Positions 49,801 through 63,200 of a DNA stretch of 64,000 bases are shown piece by piece. The stretch's first letter is position 1. Each line of letters opens with the position of its first letter. Position numbers and translations under genes: made by a program. The notes beneath the pieces are model-generated. The model was not told the origin of the DNA. It ran no database searches and saw nothing but the letters and a program-made list of their open reading frames with translations. Source of the stretch: Andalucia godoyi And28 (Eukaryota; Protista; Jakobida); assembly GCA_009859145.1 (NCBI GenBank), contig VRVR01000039.1, positions 128,284 through 192,283 on the forward strand. Reading direction: 5' to 3'.

Positions 49801-52800
49801 CGCAGCTGGCAGAAATTGGTTCAATGGCTATGCCTCCCCCGGCAGTGCGAGATGTTCTGGAGGCCGTACTCCGTCTCATGGGTATTCAAGACACCTCGTG
49901 GAATGCTATGCGCAAGTTTTTGAAAATGAAGGGAGTCAAAGACCAGATTTTGTCGTACGACGCTTCGTCAATTGAGAAATCAACTAGAGATGCGGTCCGT
50001 GCAGTGTTTCAAGCAAACTCCAGTTCGTTCGAGCCTTCTACTATAGAGCGAGTGTCACGGGCCGCCGCTCCACTGGCTTCCTGGGTCCGCGCTCTTATTG
50101 ATTATTCATACGTTTTGGAAGAGATCAGTCCGTTGACGGACAATTTGAAGCGTTTGGAGTCTTCACTGGCGGATTCGCAGGACCAACTGAAGTCCACTGA
50201 AGAACGAGTTGGCGCGATTGACAAGAAAGTCGACTCTCTTCGCCGACAGTTCGCACAAAAGACGTCCGATGCGGAGAATTTACGAATCGGACTTCAAAAG
50301 GCCCAGGACACTCTGGATGCTGCCCGCAATTTGTTAAACAAACTGGGCGGCGAACGAGGGCGCTGGGAAGAAGAGGCAGACAGTCTCCGGTCGAAAGTGG
50401 ACAGACTTCCAGTTCGAGCGATTGTCGCTTCAGGATTTCTTGCCTTGCTGCCCGCGTGTTCTGAAGACGTGCGCGGGGACATGGTCAAATTGTGGATGTC
50501 TGTCGTGGAACCGGAGCCGAATCAAAGCAGTTTCTCTGGAAAAGACCTTGTTCAGAACTTTTTGACTTCGGAATCTGAGTTACTGCAATGGAAATCGGAA
50601 GGATTGCCTGCAGATTCCTTGTCTCGGGAAAATGCTATGGCCGTTGTTTTCAGTGGAAGCTCGAACGACCGTCGTGTACCTCTTATTCTGGACCCGTCCA
50701 CGCGTGCTGTGGCCTGGCTCAAGGCGCATTTGTCTCTCGAAAAGGGTGCAACTGTGGATATTGTCCGTTATGGTCAACCTCGTTGGTCGACACAGTTGGA
50801 ACTTGCCGTCAGATTCGGAAAGACACTCGTTCTGGAGGAACTGGACCGTGTCGATCCTCTGCTGATCCCACTGCTCAGACGCGACTTCCTGTCTTCACCA
50901 GGAGCATCATCATCCGAGTCCACGACTGCGGGTGTCGCGAGTAATGTTTCGAAGCGAACCGTGTGGATCGGAGACAAGAACATAGAGTATCATCCAAACT
51001 TTCGATTGTTCCTTGCTTGTCGTGCATTGCCATCTCTGTCACCTTCTTTGCAGCGCTGTGTATCTGTTGTGAACTTTTCGGTATCGCGCTCTGGTTTGGA
51101 AGCGCAGTTATTGGGGATTGCGCTTGAGCACGAAAAGCCGGAATTGGAGACGCAACGGGCCGGTTTGTTGCAGAAAGAAGAATCGCTTCGACGACAACTG
51201 CATGAATTGGAGGAGTCGCTTTTAGTAGAACTCGCGCAAGCGCAAGGCAATTTGCTTGAAAACCGGTCTCTCATTGATCGTCTTAACGACATTAAGGAAG
51301 CTGCCGGGACTGTTAAGGCGTCGCTTGAAGAATCCGCTCGCATTCAGCTATCGGTGGAAGCACAACGTGATGTTTATCGATTGTTTGCACGTTCTTCGTC
51401 ATCAATTTACTTTGTCACCCAAGATCTCTCGCGCCTCAGTCACATGTATCGGTTCTCGCTCGAGTCGTTCATATCCTTGTTCAAGGAGGCCTTGCATGTT
51501 GCGTCATCGAGTGACTCTGTGGATGCCCGTATATCCATGCTTGTTCATGAAGTCGTGTTTCGGGTTTCCCAATTGGTGGGGACTTCCCTCTTCCAAGAGC
51601 ATCGTCTTGTGTTTTTGTTGCATCTTGCGAGATCTCTGCATGGTGAAGCATTTGTTTCTCATGAAGAATGGCTGTTTTGGCTGACGAGTAGTATGCAGTC
51701 AGGCTCTCCGGAGTTGTCGTCCTCCATCACGAGTGGCGCGGCTTCGTCTCTTCCTCGAGAATTGGAAGGAAGAGTGCCACGAGACCGTGTTCCGGCAGTT
51801 GTAGACTTGCTCAGCAAGTTTCCAAGCTGCATGAAAGCAGTTGTGGATGCCTGCTCATCATCTTCCGGAATCCAGTCGCCGGGTTCGTGTATGTCTTCTC
51901 CTTATTACCTTACCTTCTAGTTTAACTGTTTCTGTTTTTCTTTCCCCGTTTAGTTTTTCTTTCTTTCCTTCTTCTTCTTTTCTTTTTTTGTTTGTTTGTT
52001 TGTTGATGGAAGCCTTTGTTTCTATACTAATCAATGGTTGCTGCAGCTACTCCATTCTCTCGTGTGCTTGCCGAGGCTGCTGTTAGACCCGATAGAGCAC
52101 TGACAGTTTTAGAGAATGCAGTGACCTCTGTCCTGGGACTGCCGGCGTTGGCAGATTTTTGTTCACTGTCTCTTGATTCGCTGATCGAAGGAGACGCAGC
52201 GGGCGGAAAGGGCCATGCCAGGGCATTTTTAATCATGATGTCTCCCGGTGCCGATCCTTCACGTGACATCGAAGACATTTGCTTTCGAACCATCAAATCC
52301 GCGCCTGTTTCGATTGCAATGGGACAAGGGCAGACTGTGGAAGCTCTGCGTCTTTTGAAACGTGCTGTGTTGGATGGCCAGTGGTTGTTTTTGAAGAATT
52401 TGCATCTTGTCACACCGTGGCTACCTGTGCTGGAGAAGGAACTTTTGTCGTTGCTGGACTCTGATCGATTGCCCGAAAAGTCGGATGGAAAGCACACTCA
52501 ACGGGTGCACCCCGCTTTCCGACTGTTCTTGTCCACAGAGTCGCATGATTCGATCCCGCCTGTCTTTTTGACCTTGGTCCGCAAGGTTGCGTATGAAGCA
52601 CCCCCCGGTCTCCGCGCAAATCTGCGTCGCACGTTAGAATCGTGGGAAACGGATTCCACTGTGCCGTGGCCGGCGTCCGTGCCTCGAAGAGCTCAAATTC
52701 GGTTCACTTTAGCATTCTTGCAGGGTTTGCTGCAGGAGAGGAGGACGTACATTCCGCAAGGATGGTTGCGCTTCTACGAGTTTGGAACTGCAGATCTACG

Positions 52801-54064
52801 AGCAGCGACCGACGTGTTGGAGAACCGTTCTTCATCACCAGGTGGCATCGATTGGAAGACTATCCACGGCTTGTTTTCAAGCGCTGTGTACGGCGGCCGT
52901 ATTGATACTCCGCAGGACATGCGTGTTCTGCATGCGTACCTCCACTCACTGTTTCCTGTTTCCTCGGATGCAAAGTCGTCGTCTTCATTCTTACTGAAGG
53001 GACAATTGTCTGCTGGCCCATCTACGGGTTCTTCGATTTCCGACTACTTGCGCATGGTCGAAGATGCTGTACCTGCGGTTGACAGCCCATCCGTGTTTGG
53101 ACTTGCTGCGAATGCCAACCGCGTGGTGAACATCAACCGGGCGGTGAATGTTGTTGCGGGATTGAAAGTTTTAGTGCAAGGGTCGATATCGCATGAAGGA
53201 AAGTCATCTGGACATTCGTCGTCGAAAGTACTTGAACCGCTGATTCCAATCCTCAAGCAATTCATGCAAACGTCTTCTACAGCGTTAGCAGCGCCCCCCG
53301 GGAAGACGGCCGTGGATCTTTCGCCGCTGTCGTCGTTCATAGAATCGGAGTACAAGTTCTCTCGTGATTTGCTTCAACGAGTTTTCGAGCGAGTTTCGGC
53401 TGTGTTGTCGTCGCTCTCTCCTCTTACTACTACTACGGCACAGTCTTCCAGAACTTCAAACACAAAGAATGATGTGCTTTCATTATGCAGCGGAAACATC
53501 CCAGAGTCGTGGACGCTGGGTTGGGAGGATGGCCCTGTTGGCTCCCCGGCTGCCTGGCTTTCGCTGATTGTTACACGAACGCAGACATTTTCAAAGCTAC
53601 ATACTGCGGGGGCGAAGTCATTTGTGGACATTCCTTTCGAGTCCGTCTTCCATTCCGAAGCGCTGTTGTCCGCGCTTCGACAAGCCACTGCCAGAAAACT
53701 TGGATGCGCACTTGACGCCTTGTCTTTCTCAACTTCATTTTCATCGTTTGATAATTCGTATCCGCTGTCATCCTTGTGGATTCAGGGAGCCATTATTGAT
53801 CACGGCAGTATCGCAGATTGCTCATCGGACTCTCCTGCTGTCGTGAAAGTTCCCGAAACCGTCCATGTCGGCTGGGTCGTTGCCAATTCTGCGGCAGCCA
53901 ATGCGAATGATCCGAGTTATGTTACATCATCTGATGGACGTGTCGTCATACCTTTATTTGCTAATCCGTCTCGTGAGCATTTGCTCGCGGAATTGGAATT
54001 ACCTTGCGAGAACTCGCGGTCACGCTGGATTCTGAGTGGTGCTGCATTTTTTGCAAGGTCATAA
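40866..54064 (+). CDS. DYNC2H1: cytoplasmic dynein-2 heavy chain (retrograde IFT motor); join(40866..51888, 52047..54064), 4346 aa
   Basis: AAA1 GPAGTGKTE/FDEFNRL, AAA2 GPTGSGKS, AAA3 GPEGCGKS, AAA4 GPAGCGRRS (dynein-2-type), stalk and MTBD. Spliced length 13,041 nt = 4347 codons. Confidence 0.95.
51889..52046 (+). other. spliceosomal intron in DYNC2H1 (158 nt, phase 1)
   Basis: GTATGT donor, T-rich body, TACTAAT branch-like motif at ~52025, CTGCAG acceptor; restores the frame into TPFSRVLAEAAVRPDR. Confidence 0.9.
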
Positions 54065-54213
54065 CGCCAACGTGTCATTCGGTGTATTTCTTGTTTTTGT
54101 TTATTTAATCAATAGTAATAATAACAACATTAAATTGAAGAATGGAAAACGAATGGATACAGATTCGCGCTCCTTGTCCCATCGTTTATTCACTTCCCCC
54201 CCCTCTTTTCCTC

Positions 54214-57200
54214 TCAGTTTTCATCAAACTTCAGAGTTTCAAGCCGCGAGATGTGTCCAAAATCAAACTCGTTGTCACTGTCGCAAAGCAGATCTTCTCG
54301 GCCTGACTGTTCAACAAGGAGCAGGACTTCCTCAGCAGCCGCAAGTGGAACATCCACCAGTCCGTCGGCATGATCCCGTTCCAGATCGGAGAGTGAAGGG
54401 ACAAGCGAAAGATCCATTTCCGCAGATTCACCAAATTGCTGCGGAATGTGCGAGCTGGCATCCAAAATCCCAGAGTGTTCCCAGTTCCAACAGACTTCAT
54501 TTCCACAAAACAATCTTCCTTCGCCGTTTTTCCCGCAGCCAAAGCAGACAAATTTTCCATCCGCTCCGCAAGAGCACTTGAAACCACTCACGGGTTTTGA
54601 GATCGAATTATCGTTGTCAAAAGTGACATACAGTCGACTTGTTTTCCGTTTCCAGATGTACAAAAGTAGCATGAGACAGATCGAAAGCACAAACATGAAA
54701 ATCGCAAGCAAAGCAAGCCAAAAGAGCGTTTCTCCAAAGGTGCAAACCAGGAAGGATGAAGAACACGCACTCAGGGAGGCGGAATCTTGCGTTGCCGGTA
54801 TAGTGTGAACATCGGACAGAACCGTGAGGTTGCTGAAACTGACCGACATGACTGCGGACTTTCCGTACTGCATCCAACAGCGGTCCGGAGACGGTATGCG
54901 CAAAGACAGTATGCAGTCTACTGGGGGGAGGGCTGTTATGTTCGACACATTGCCATAGTACCCGATCGCTCGAACGCTTCCCACAAAGGTGCAATCCGTG
55001 GAATTGCATCCGGCTTGGGAAGCAGTGATAGTCGCTTGTGACTGAACCTTTCCTTCGCAAACCATTTTGGCAATGAGGGATGCAAAAGATGCAGAGGCCT
55101 CGCCAGCATTCTTCGTTGAAAACGTAAAGTTCTTTTCTGGAACAGAATTGTGCACCGCCCAGGTGCTCTCCGACCACACAATGGTTTTCACCGAGGACAC
55201 GGGAATCAGCCCAGAAGAGGAGTTGAGAGCAACCCACTGCGACTCTGTCATTATCACAAACGGTTCTGGGGGCACCGAACTCGGAGCACATGTCTGCTGG
55301 AAGGCACCGTCTTCCACAGCAGCAACGAGGGCATTGTCTTGAGTAAGTGCCAAGTCCGCCGAAGACCAAAGAGGCGACGGGGAATCAATGCTTGCCGAAA
55401 AGGAACAAACATCCTCTGCAAACAGAAGCGACGTCCCAACTTCCAGCAAGAAAGAAAAGAAGACAGTCTGATTCGCCGCAACATCCGACGCATGGCTCAT
55501 CAACGCGGAAGAGAATCTTCCGCAATCGGCAGTAACTCGAAATACCCCCGAGCGCTCACCAGCATTTCTCAAGGATATGCAGAAAATAGCATTGCTGTCA
55601 GAGGGCACGTTGAGCGAGCAACCAGAGGTCGAAGCCATGGGAAACTGATCGACGAGAGTGTGAATTGCCGACAAAGACGCAACGGAAGGGGAAGCAGGTG
55701 TTATGAGCCGAAAAGGATCGGAGTCCGAAAGAGAAATGCGCGGTTGGTGAAATCGGAGTGCAGAGGTCTGGACCCCTACGCTGATACTGAAATTAGACAG
55801 GGAAACGTTGTCGACGGCAACAACAACTTCATCTCCCGACTTGGTCAAGTGCACATCGGCAGCAGAAACGTTAAAAAATCTGGAGAAGTCGTAGGAGGTA
55901 TTCCGCAAGAGGCTCGCAAGCATACCACCAGCACACGTACCTTGCGGCTGACTGCAAGAGAATGATTCGACAAATCGAGTGTGATCGACCATCAAACCAT
56001 GACATCCTCTTTCTTCACTAGCATTCTTCGGTACCACCAAAAGACGATGTCTCAATGACGGGTCAAGATGCTTCGCTGGAGTCGACAAATTGCAGACGAA
56101 TAGATGCATGTCTGACCAACCCGAGACAAGTTTTGGACGCGAAAAATTCATCAACCGTATGCTGTACAGAGTGGAAAGCGAGGGCTGTGACGCGGTTGCA
56201 GCGCCTACGGCCAGAGAAATAGAGTCATACTGAGGAGACGTCCCGTACATGTGGTTCAGAATCTGCAGCTCCACTCCGAATCTCAGCAGCGTGTCCGTCG
56301 CAATGTCAATGTCAAACACTTCACACACAACCCCGAGATCCCTCTTCAGCCAGTGGAATGTACGGTTGCAAAAGAGACACTCTTGGTTTCGTACCGCGTT
56401 CGATGGGCAGGATTTGTTGGCAAACTTCGAAGCATTTCCGTATTTCACGGTTACCGCGCCATCCGAGCCGATCTGGGAGAGAGTTTCGGACTGCATCAAA
56501 GACATGAACCAGCAAATGGTTGCTGCATCAGATGCACAGCGATCAAGAGCAAGAAAGTATGTTTCCATGGAAGAAGTGTTTGTGATCTGAGCTTTGAACA
56601 CAACACCGCTGAGCTTGAGCATGATTTCAATGGAAGAAACGTCGAGTGGCACCGTGGATGTTCCAGCTGCAGTGGAGTCCGTCCACGGGACAAAAGAGTT
56701 CCGGGACAAGTCGTATATCGTCACAATGAACATCGAGCGATGAGAAAGAAACGCATCGAACAGCTGCTGCACATCGTTTCGGTCTGCAAGCAACGCGATG
56801 TCCGCACCGGATGGGAAAAACGCTGGGTTGTCGATGTAGGCGACCCATTCGCGAAACTCTGTGACGATGGCTGTCTTCCGAAAGCGAAGGGACACCGAGG
56901 GGTAGCCTACCGTGGCGGTCTTGATTTCAATCGGCTGCGCACTAAGAAACCCGTCTTCGCTTGTAATGTTTGGAAACACTGCCAAGGACGCACTTGGTAC
57001 GTGACCTGTTTCCGTTTCCGATTCACCTTCAAAATAAATTCCATTAAACGAATAGTTGGACACAAATAGCCTGGAAGATTTCCAATGAATCGTAAATGCG
57101 TGGGAATCATTGCCTCTCGCCACCGGCGCCGCCTCATGATCGTCCTCCACAGGTTGAATGCCACCGGTGCTGTTGCAGTTCTGACCGGTCTTCAACGAAA

Positions 57201-60200
57201 CAATCGACAAAACATTCGATAACGGTACTGTTAGGGGATGGGACAACGGCAGTATCAATTCACCGCTGCGCATGTCGACAAACACCGGCGACACACGCAG
57301 ATTGGCTGATCCGCCAGCACCGGAAACGTGAAAAGACGCTGTAAGTTTGGAGTCGTTAGCAGACATCGACAGGAGTCGGTGGTCTGTCCCCGCAGAAGAC
57401 AGTGAGACGCAAGAGCTCAATAAGCAGTCTGCTAACAGATCTGCCGCAAGGTAGTACCTGCCGATAGCGTGCCCAGTCGCACCGTCATTTTCAATGGTAA
57501 GCAGCGCCACTTCCACTGACAGCGAGAACTCGACGGAGACGTTCAAGACCGACCCGCTGCGATAAACAGAGAGATCAAAATAAGAGCACGCTTGCTGAGA
57601 TATGCCGCGCTTCGCAATAAACTCCGTCGCGCTACCAAGATTCGTCTTCGCGTCAACCGGAGCATCATCCGGTTTCGCGGGTTCCGAAAACGATCCATTA
57701 TACAGGTACCCGTATATGGCGTAGTTCACTTGCTTTTCCCATACTCCATCTGTCCAAAGGCGCTGCTTCCGCAGTTCAAACGAACGCACTTCGCAACGTA
57801 TCTCACCCGTGAACGCCGCGGACGAGGATACGGCCACCTCGAAAATTCCAGTGCTCGCGGCCGGAATCACAACATCGACTACAGAGGAATTGACAATGGA
57901 AATGCCCTGGGAGCAGGAAGTGTTCATGTGGAAGTTTCCGCTCGCAAATCCGAGATTCTCCAGCTGAACACGGTACAGAGCAGACTTTCCATGTACAGGA
58001 TCAGTAACAGCAAAGGAGGTGGAAACCTCGGCATCTCCAATTACCGGCACGGCGAATGACAGCGACTGGAGACGAAGCAGCACCGATGAATTCATGATTT
58101 CGGGATTGGGAAATTTGAACTGAAGAACCGATTCTGCCGTGCGGAGTTCAACCGAGCAGTTTCCGCAATTCGAGAAAACAATCGATGGATCCAACGAGGA
58201 GTTCGATGCGACTGCAAAAAACTGCATGTTATCTGTAGGAAGGGAGCACATGGATGCTTGAAGCAGATATTGCTCTACAAGACCGCTCAAGGTGGGTTCA
58301 GCAGAGGACGGCGCAATCCGGATGTCGCCATTCTTCATGCTCAGCACATATCTTCCGCTTGGACTTGGCATGTACGCCAACGCAGAAACGGAAGACAAGG
58401 CAAACCCGCCGAAAGAAGAACGGACAAAATGAGTATCATTGCTGCCGATGATCAGCGACGCCGTATCCTCGATGACATTCGATACGGTAGACAGAAACGC
58501 TCCACGCATTCGCAACACATATGGTGAGGTTAACGACCCAGTCGTGGGGTCAAACTGCCAGACATCTGCATACGTTCCATAGTATGACTGGATCAACGGA
58601 TAGGTGCTGCTGGAAAGGAGCTCCGTTGGCGAACACGTTGGTGCTTCGTGAAAAGAAAGACGCAAATTCCAGCCATAGCGGGATGGCTCTCCCGGAACAA
58701 CTGCATATTTCAAGTGGGCCGAGCACGACAGCAAGCTGTTTTCCATGTTCCAAGAGAAGTCCGTCAGGTATGCAATACCAAACTCAATTGCAGATGTGTC
58801 CACAGACATTAGCGGGTCGGACACGTTCACCCACGGCACAAACGAAGACACGGATGAATTAAACACCTTCAGAGTCCAGCCATCATCTCCCCTGCTTGCC
58901 TTGTGCACCAACTGATCCACAAACTGGCGACTGACAACGATCCAGTCATAGCCAGCTGAAACGGACACATTACGGAATGCATGCTTCTGCTGTGCAACTT
59001 CCAGTCCAACTCTCTTGACAAATGCAAGAGGAACTTCAAATGTTGAGTATTCGGGAGCAGACACTGTCAAAGATATCGGATTCTTAAGGGCATACACCTG
59101 CAAATCGACAGGGTCCTGAATACTCTGAATCGTGAGCGGCGCATCGCTGGATCCTCTGCGAACTCGAAATTGCATTTCGATCAATTGTGATGCATTCCAC
59201 GAGCTGACATCGCCACAATGATAGGTGTACTGTGCTGTGCAATTGCGGAAGTACCAGACCGGCTGATCAATCGGGGTAGGTGACCCTGTGGCGGCGTCGA
59301 CTGTCGGAGACTGTGCAGCAGCGTGCGTACTTTCCAGGAGGGGCAGTGGGGAGTCTCTGTCGTACTCCGTGGGTCGCGTTACATTATGCCGCAGAAAATC
59401 GAGGACACCAACAGAATGTACGCTAGACGAAAAGAACATCCCATGCTGAGCTTCAACGAGAGCATCGCTGAGAACCAAGAAATAGGTTTGCGATACATTC
59501 ACCGATCGAAACAGTAACGAAAGATCTGGAAGAATATTTTCAAAATTGAGAATATCGCTCGGCAATATAGTTCTGTTTGTTTCTGCCTCGAATAAGTAAA
59601 CGGCTTTCACTTTCCGTATCCATGCCAGGCAGTCGTCAGCATAGGCAAAAGTGGAAAGCAAACACAATTCTGCAGCATTGTCGCCGCAGAATATGCTGAT
59701 GTTTGTAGAGATGAATGTCAGCGTGAGATTGAAAGTCGCTGACAGAAGACTACCAGGTACGGAAACTACTTTTGCCGTCACAGTGCGACTCCTTGGAACA
59801 AACAAAACGGCGTCCGCGGAATACACAACGTTGGATCGCTCGATGATCACCTCGGATTCTGGGACGAAGTACCCGTTGAAAACTGGAAACGAGACTGCGT
59901 TTTCCAGGAGTCTGGATTTTGAGGTTGCGCTCCATAGCGGAAGACGATCTACAGAAACCAGAAACGAGCATGATTGATAGCCGTATTCCTCAAGAATCCC
60001 TTCTAAAGAGAAATTGAAAATGGCGGTTTGCAGCGGAAGTAATGTTGCACTGCCGGGTTGGCTGACAATGGAAACACCCCGAGAACAATTAGCGATTGCA
60101 GTAAACGTGCCAGCAGCAGTTCCATTGTTCTTAACAGACACGGATGCGACTCCCGTTCTTTGCTGCCCTCTGGATGTACCATGAGAAAAGGATGCTCCGA

Positions 60201-63200
60201 AGGATGCGTCAACAGAGGGTTCCTTGAAAGACAGTAGGGAAGAAGGCAGATTCACAGAGAAATTTCGGGGGACATCCGACTGCCCAAATGCTATGGACAA
60301 ACCGTTTGAGATGGAAAAGCGGCTTGTGTTTGACGAAAGAGTCTCCCATAATGGGAGAATGCTCAACCAGTGCGAGGTGTTGGCGATCACATTTGCCAAT
60401 CGATTCTCGAGACACGAAGCAAATGGCTTGGAACAAAACTCTGTCTGATTCCAAAACGAATTGTAATCGATGTTAACAGATCCGCATTTGCCGTGAAAGA
60501 GACCTTTGGGAACGAGTCTTGACTGAAGAAACGGGCTGACGAGGACGCTGGAGTAATCTGAAGACGGGAACATCAGATACCGATCTGCGAAGAGCCCACT
60601 GATGCCTCCAAACACATCTGAGACACGGACATCAACTCCAGCACCCAAATTGATAGGCGACGACGTCACGTTCGCAGATTTCGAATACTGAATCGCTATG
60701 TCGGGGCCTGCAATCGAGAAATTCAAGGATACCTCGTCAGAAATCGATGGATTTCCGAGAGAGAACACCTCGTACGTTCCAAGAGCACTGGAAGACAACA
60801 ATACATGATGAACAGCATCGCAGTACGGGCAATAGGCATTTCGAGGAGAGCCTCGAGGACACGTGACACCGCGGATTTGCGAATCGGATGGAACCACCGC
60901 CCATCTACAAGACGTTGAACTCAGCGTTCGCCGGAGACTGTCACGGGCAAAAAATGTTCTTACGATAGTTCCATCAGCCATCACGGCCTCAACATTTCCA
61001 GCCGTTGGAGAGCAGGCGATTGTAGAGGCATTCAGACTCCCGCTATACGCGGAACTTCGGGAGAACTGTCTATTGCTGGAGACGGACCCGTTTCGAAGCA
61101 GGGTGAAGCGAGCTGCTGCATTTGTCCACGCGCTTTGAATGACATTAAGCGGGGTGTCAAGGTACACTCTTTCCGTGCTCCAATACATGTTTCGAGGAGG
61201 AAACTCGATGTCGGACTGCACGTGTTCATATGTGTTCGTTAAGTACTGCTGCAGTGTCATCGCTGCAGTTACCTTTGGAGTGGAAGGGGCAAACGCAGAC
61301 AGCGTAATTAAGCCATTCAGTTCGTATTCAACGCCGTCTGCATCTGTAATGGCTGTCCAAGAAACGAGCTTCCCTGGATTCGTGCGATCTCCCAAAACAA
61401 AGGATCCGCTCAGAGTAATGTTCCGAATAGACGATTCGTTAAAGTAAGCGGACATTGTCGAGGACGGTGATCGCAGTGCACACAAAGATGTCGACGCAGC
61501 GCACGGCGATGCAAATGTCAGAGACGCGTTTCCAGCGGAAGGAATGCCGAACAATGTCGAAGCAGGAACATCAAAAATTGGAAGCATGGTTACCGCAGCA
61601 GCACCGACGTAGTAGACATAGCCGACCGACGGAAATGTTTCAAAAATCGGAACAGAACCGAATGTTCGCGCAGACAAAAAGCGATCTGTGGAAATGACCT
61701 GGAAGAATGAATTGTTCGGAAGATTGGAAAACCTAAGAACCAAATCGTTGCCCACAACGGGGAATGTCACAATCGATGTCGGGGAGACAATCGTTTCAGA
61801 TGTTGCGTTCAGCGCTCGGAGGTAAATAGCGGGTTTTGCATACGCTGCGTAGGCAAGCAGAGATTGCAGCAAACCAGATTGGCTCTGCGTGAAGTCCTCC
61901 AAAGCTGACCACACGACAGAAAGCGCTGGACTGGAACGATTGACGTAGGATAGGTACACAGAGCTTGCTCCTCGGAAGGACACCGTGACATCTACGGTTG
62001 TACCCTGAATCACGAATCCTGAGGACGGCGTGATGACCGGAGCTTCATTCAAGATATTCGAATACACACTGTATCCGCGCTGCAGAGACATGTACAGAAC
62101 GGTAGAGGGGGCCAAGCTCGGAGCAGTTGGCTGATATGCCTCCAGTTCTGGAATGAAGTAGCCATTGTCAAGAAAGAATGCCGAGAGTGTACCCCTCTCT
62201 ACTTGACAGGTTAGCAAACTCGGGTCCCATAGTGGTTTTGGACGCACCGCGGCCTGAAGAGAGCATTCGAACCAGCCAGAGAGACCTGCAGAGGCCGTCA
62301 ACAAAAATGAAAAATTACTTCGCTGACTTGGCAGGAGGTACAGGAGGATAGCGGAATCATTTGTGGAAGGCACTCTCGCAGAAATGCCAGAGTTTGGGCA
62401 AGCCAACGACACGTTGAACAATCCGGCTTCATTTCCAGAATTGTACAGAGAACCAGAGACCATCGCGGTTCTTTCCTGCAATTTCACGCGAGAAGGGGTC
62501 AGCACCACATCGGATTGGGCGACTGTGGAGCAACGCGGTTGCTTGATACCAAAAGAAGACCCAAGCACTCTCACGCTAACCCAGGGGTCATTGCCACGGT
62601 GCTTGTAATCCAGTCGCAGAGAGGCTGTTGGAGTATACGTAAACGCAGCACGAGCAGTGCGATCGGTCGTGGAAGGGCACAACGAGTCATTTTGCGGAAC
62701 AAGGTTCCAGAAAGACAGCGATGAATTGCGCTCCAGCATGCTGAAGACATCCCGGAAGCAGCTGTGCACGGGTTGATCACAAAAATTTGCCTGACTGCGA
62801 AGAGTACTCACATCCATGCCGATCCCGTGGCATCCAGAGGCAAACAGCGACTTTGGAACCAGGTAAAACAAGCTGGTGTCCACCGGCTTCGCTGCGGAAT
62901 TTGCAATTCCTGAAAAGAACCGGTAGTTTTCGAGCGGAGAAAGATTCACCGTAAGAGAAGGATCGTGTAAGAGACGGATTACCTCGCCGACAACGTTTGC
63001 GGAGGACGATTGCGAAGAGGACATTACAGACAACGATTCCACGTTCTGCAGATCAGCACAGGACGCACAAACCAACGACACCGAAACCGCTTTGCTAGGA
63101 ATCGCATTAGACACATCCATGTCAAAATACGCATAGTTGGGGAACAAGTCAGCAGCAAATTGGTGCTGGATCCTCGAGCAGTTTGGGCAAAACGGAAGAT

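Noticed and set aside
54617-57069. Long alternative-frame and antisense ORFs (54617-55369 -, 55150-55965 +, 56251-57069 +)
   Set aside because: Shadow ORFs inside the giant CDS with no motifs; expected at this GC content.
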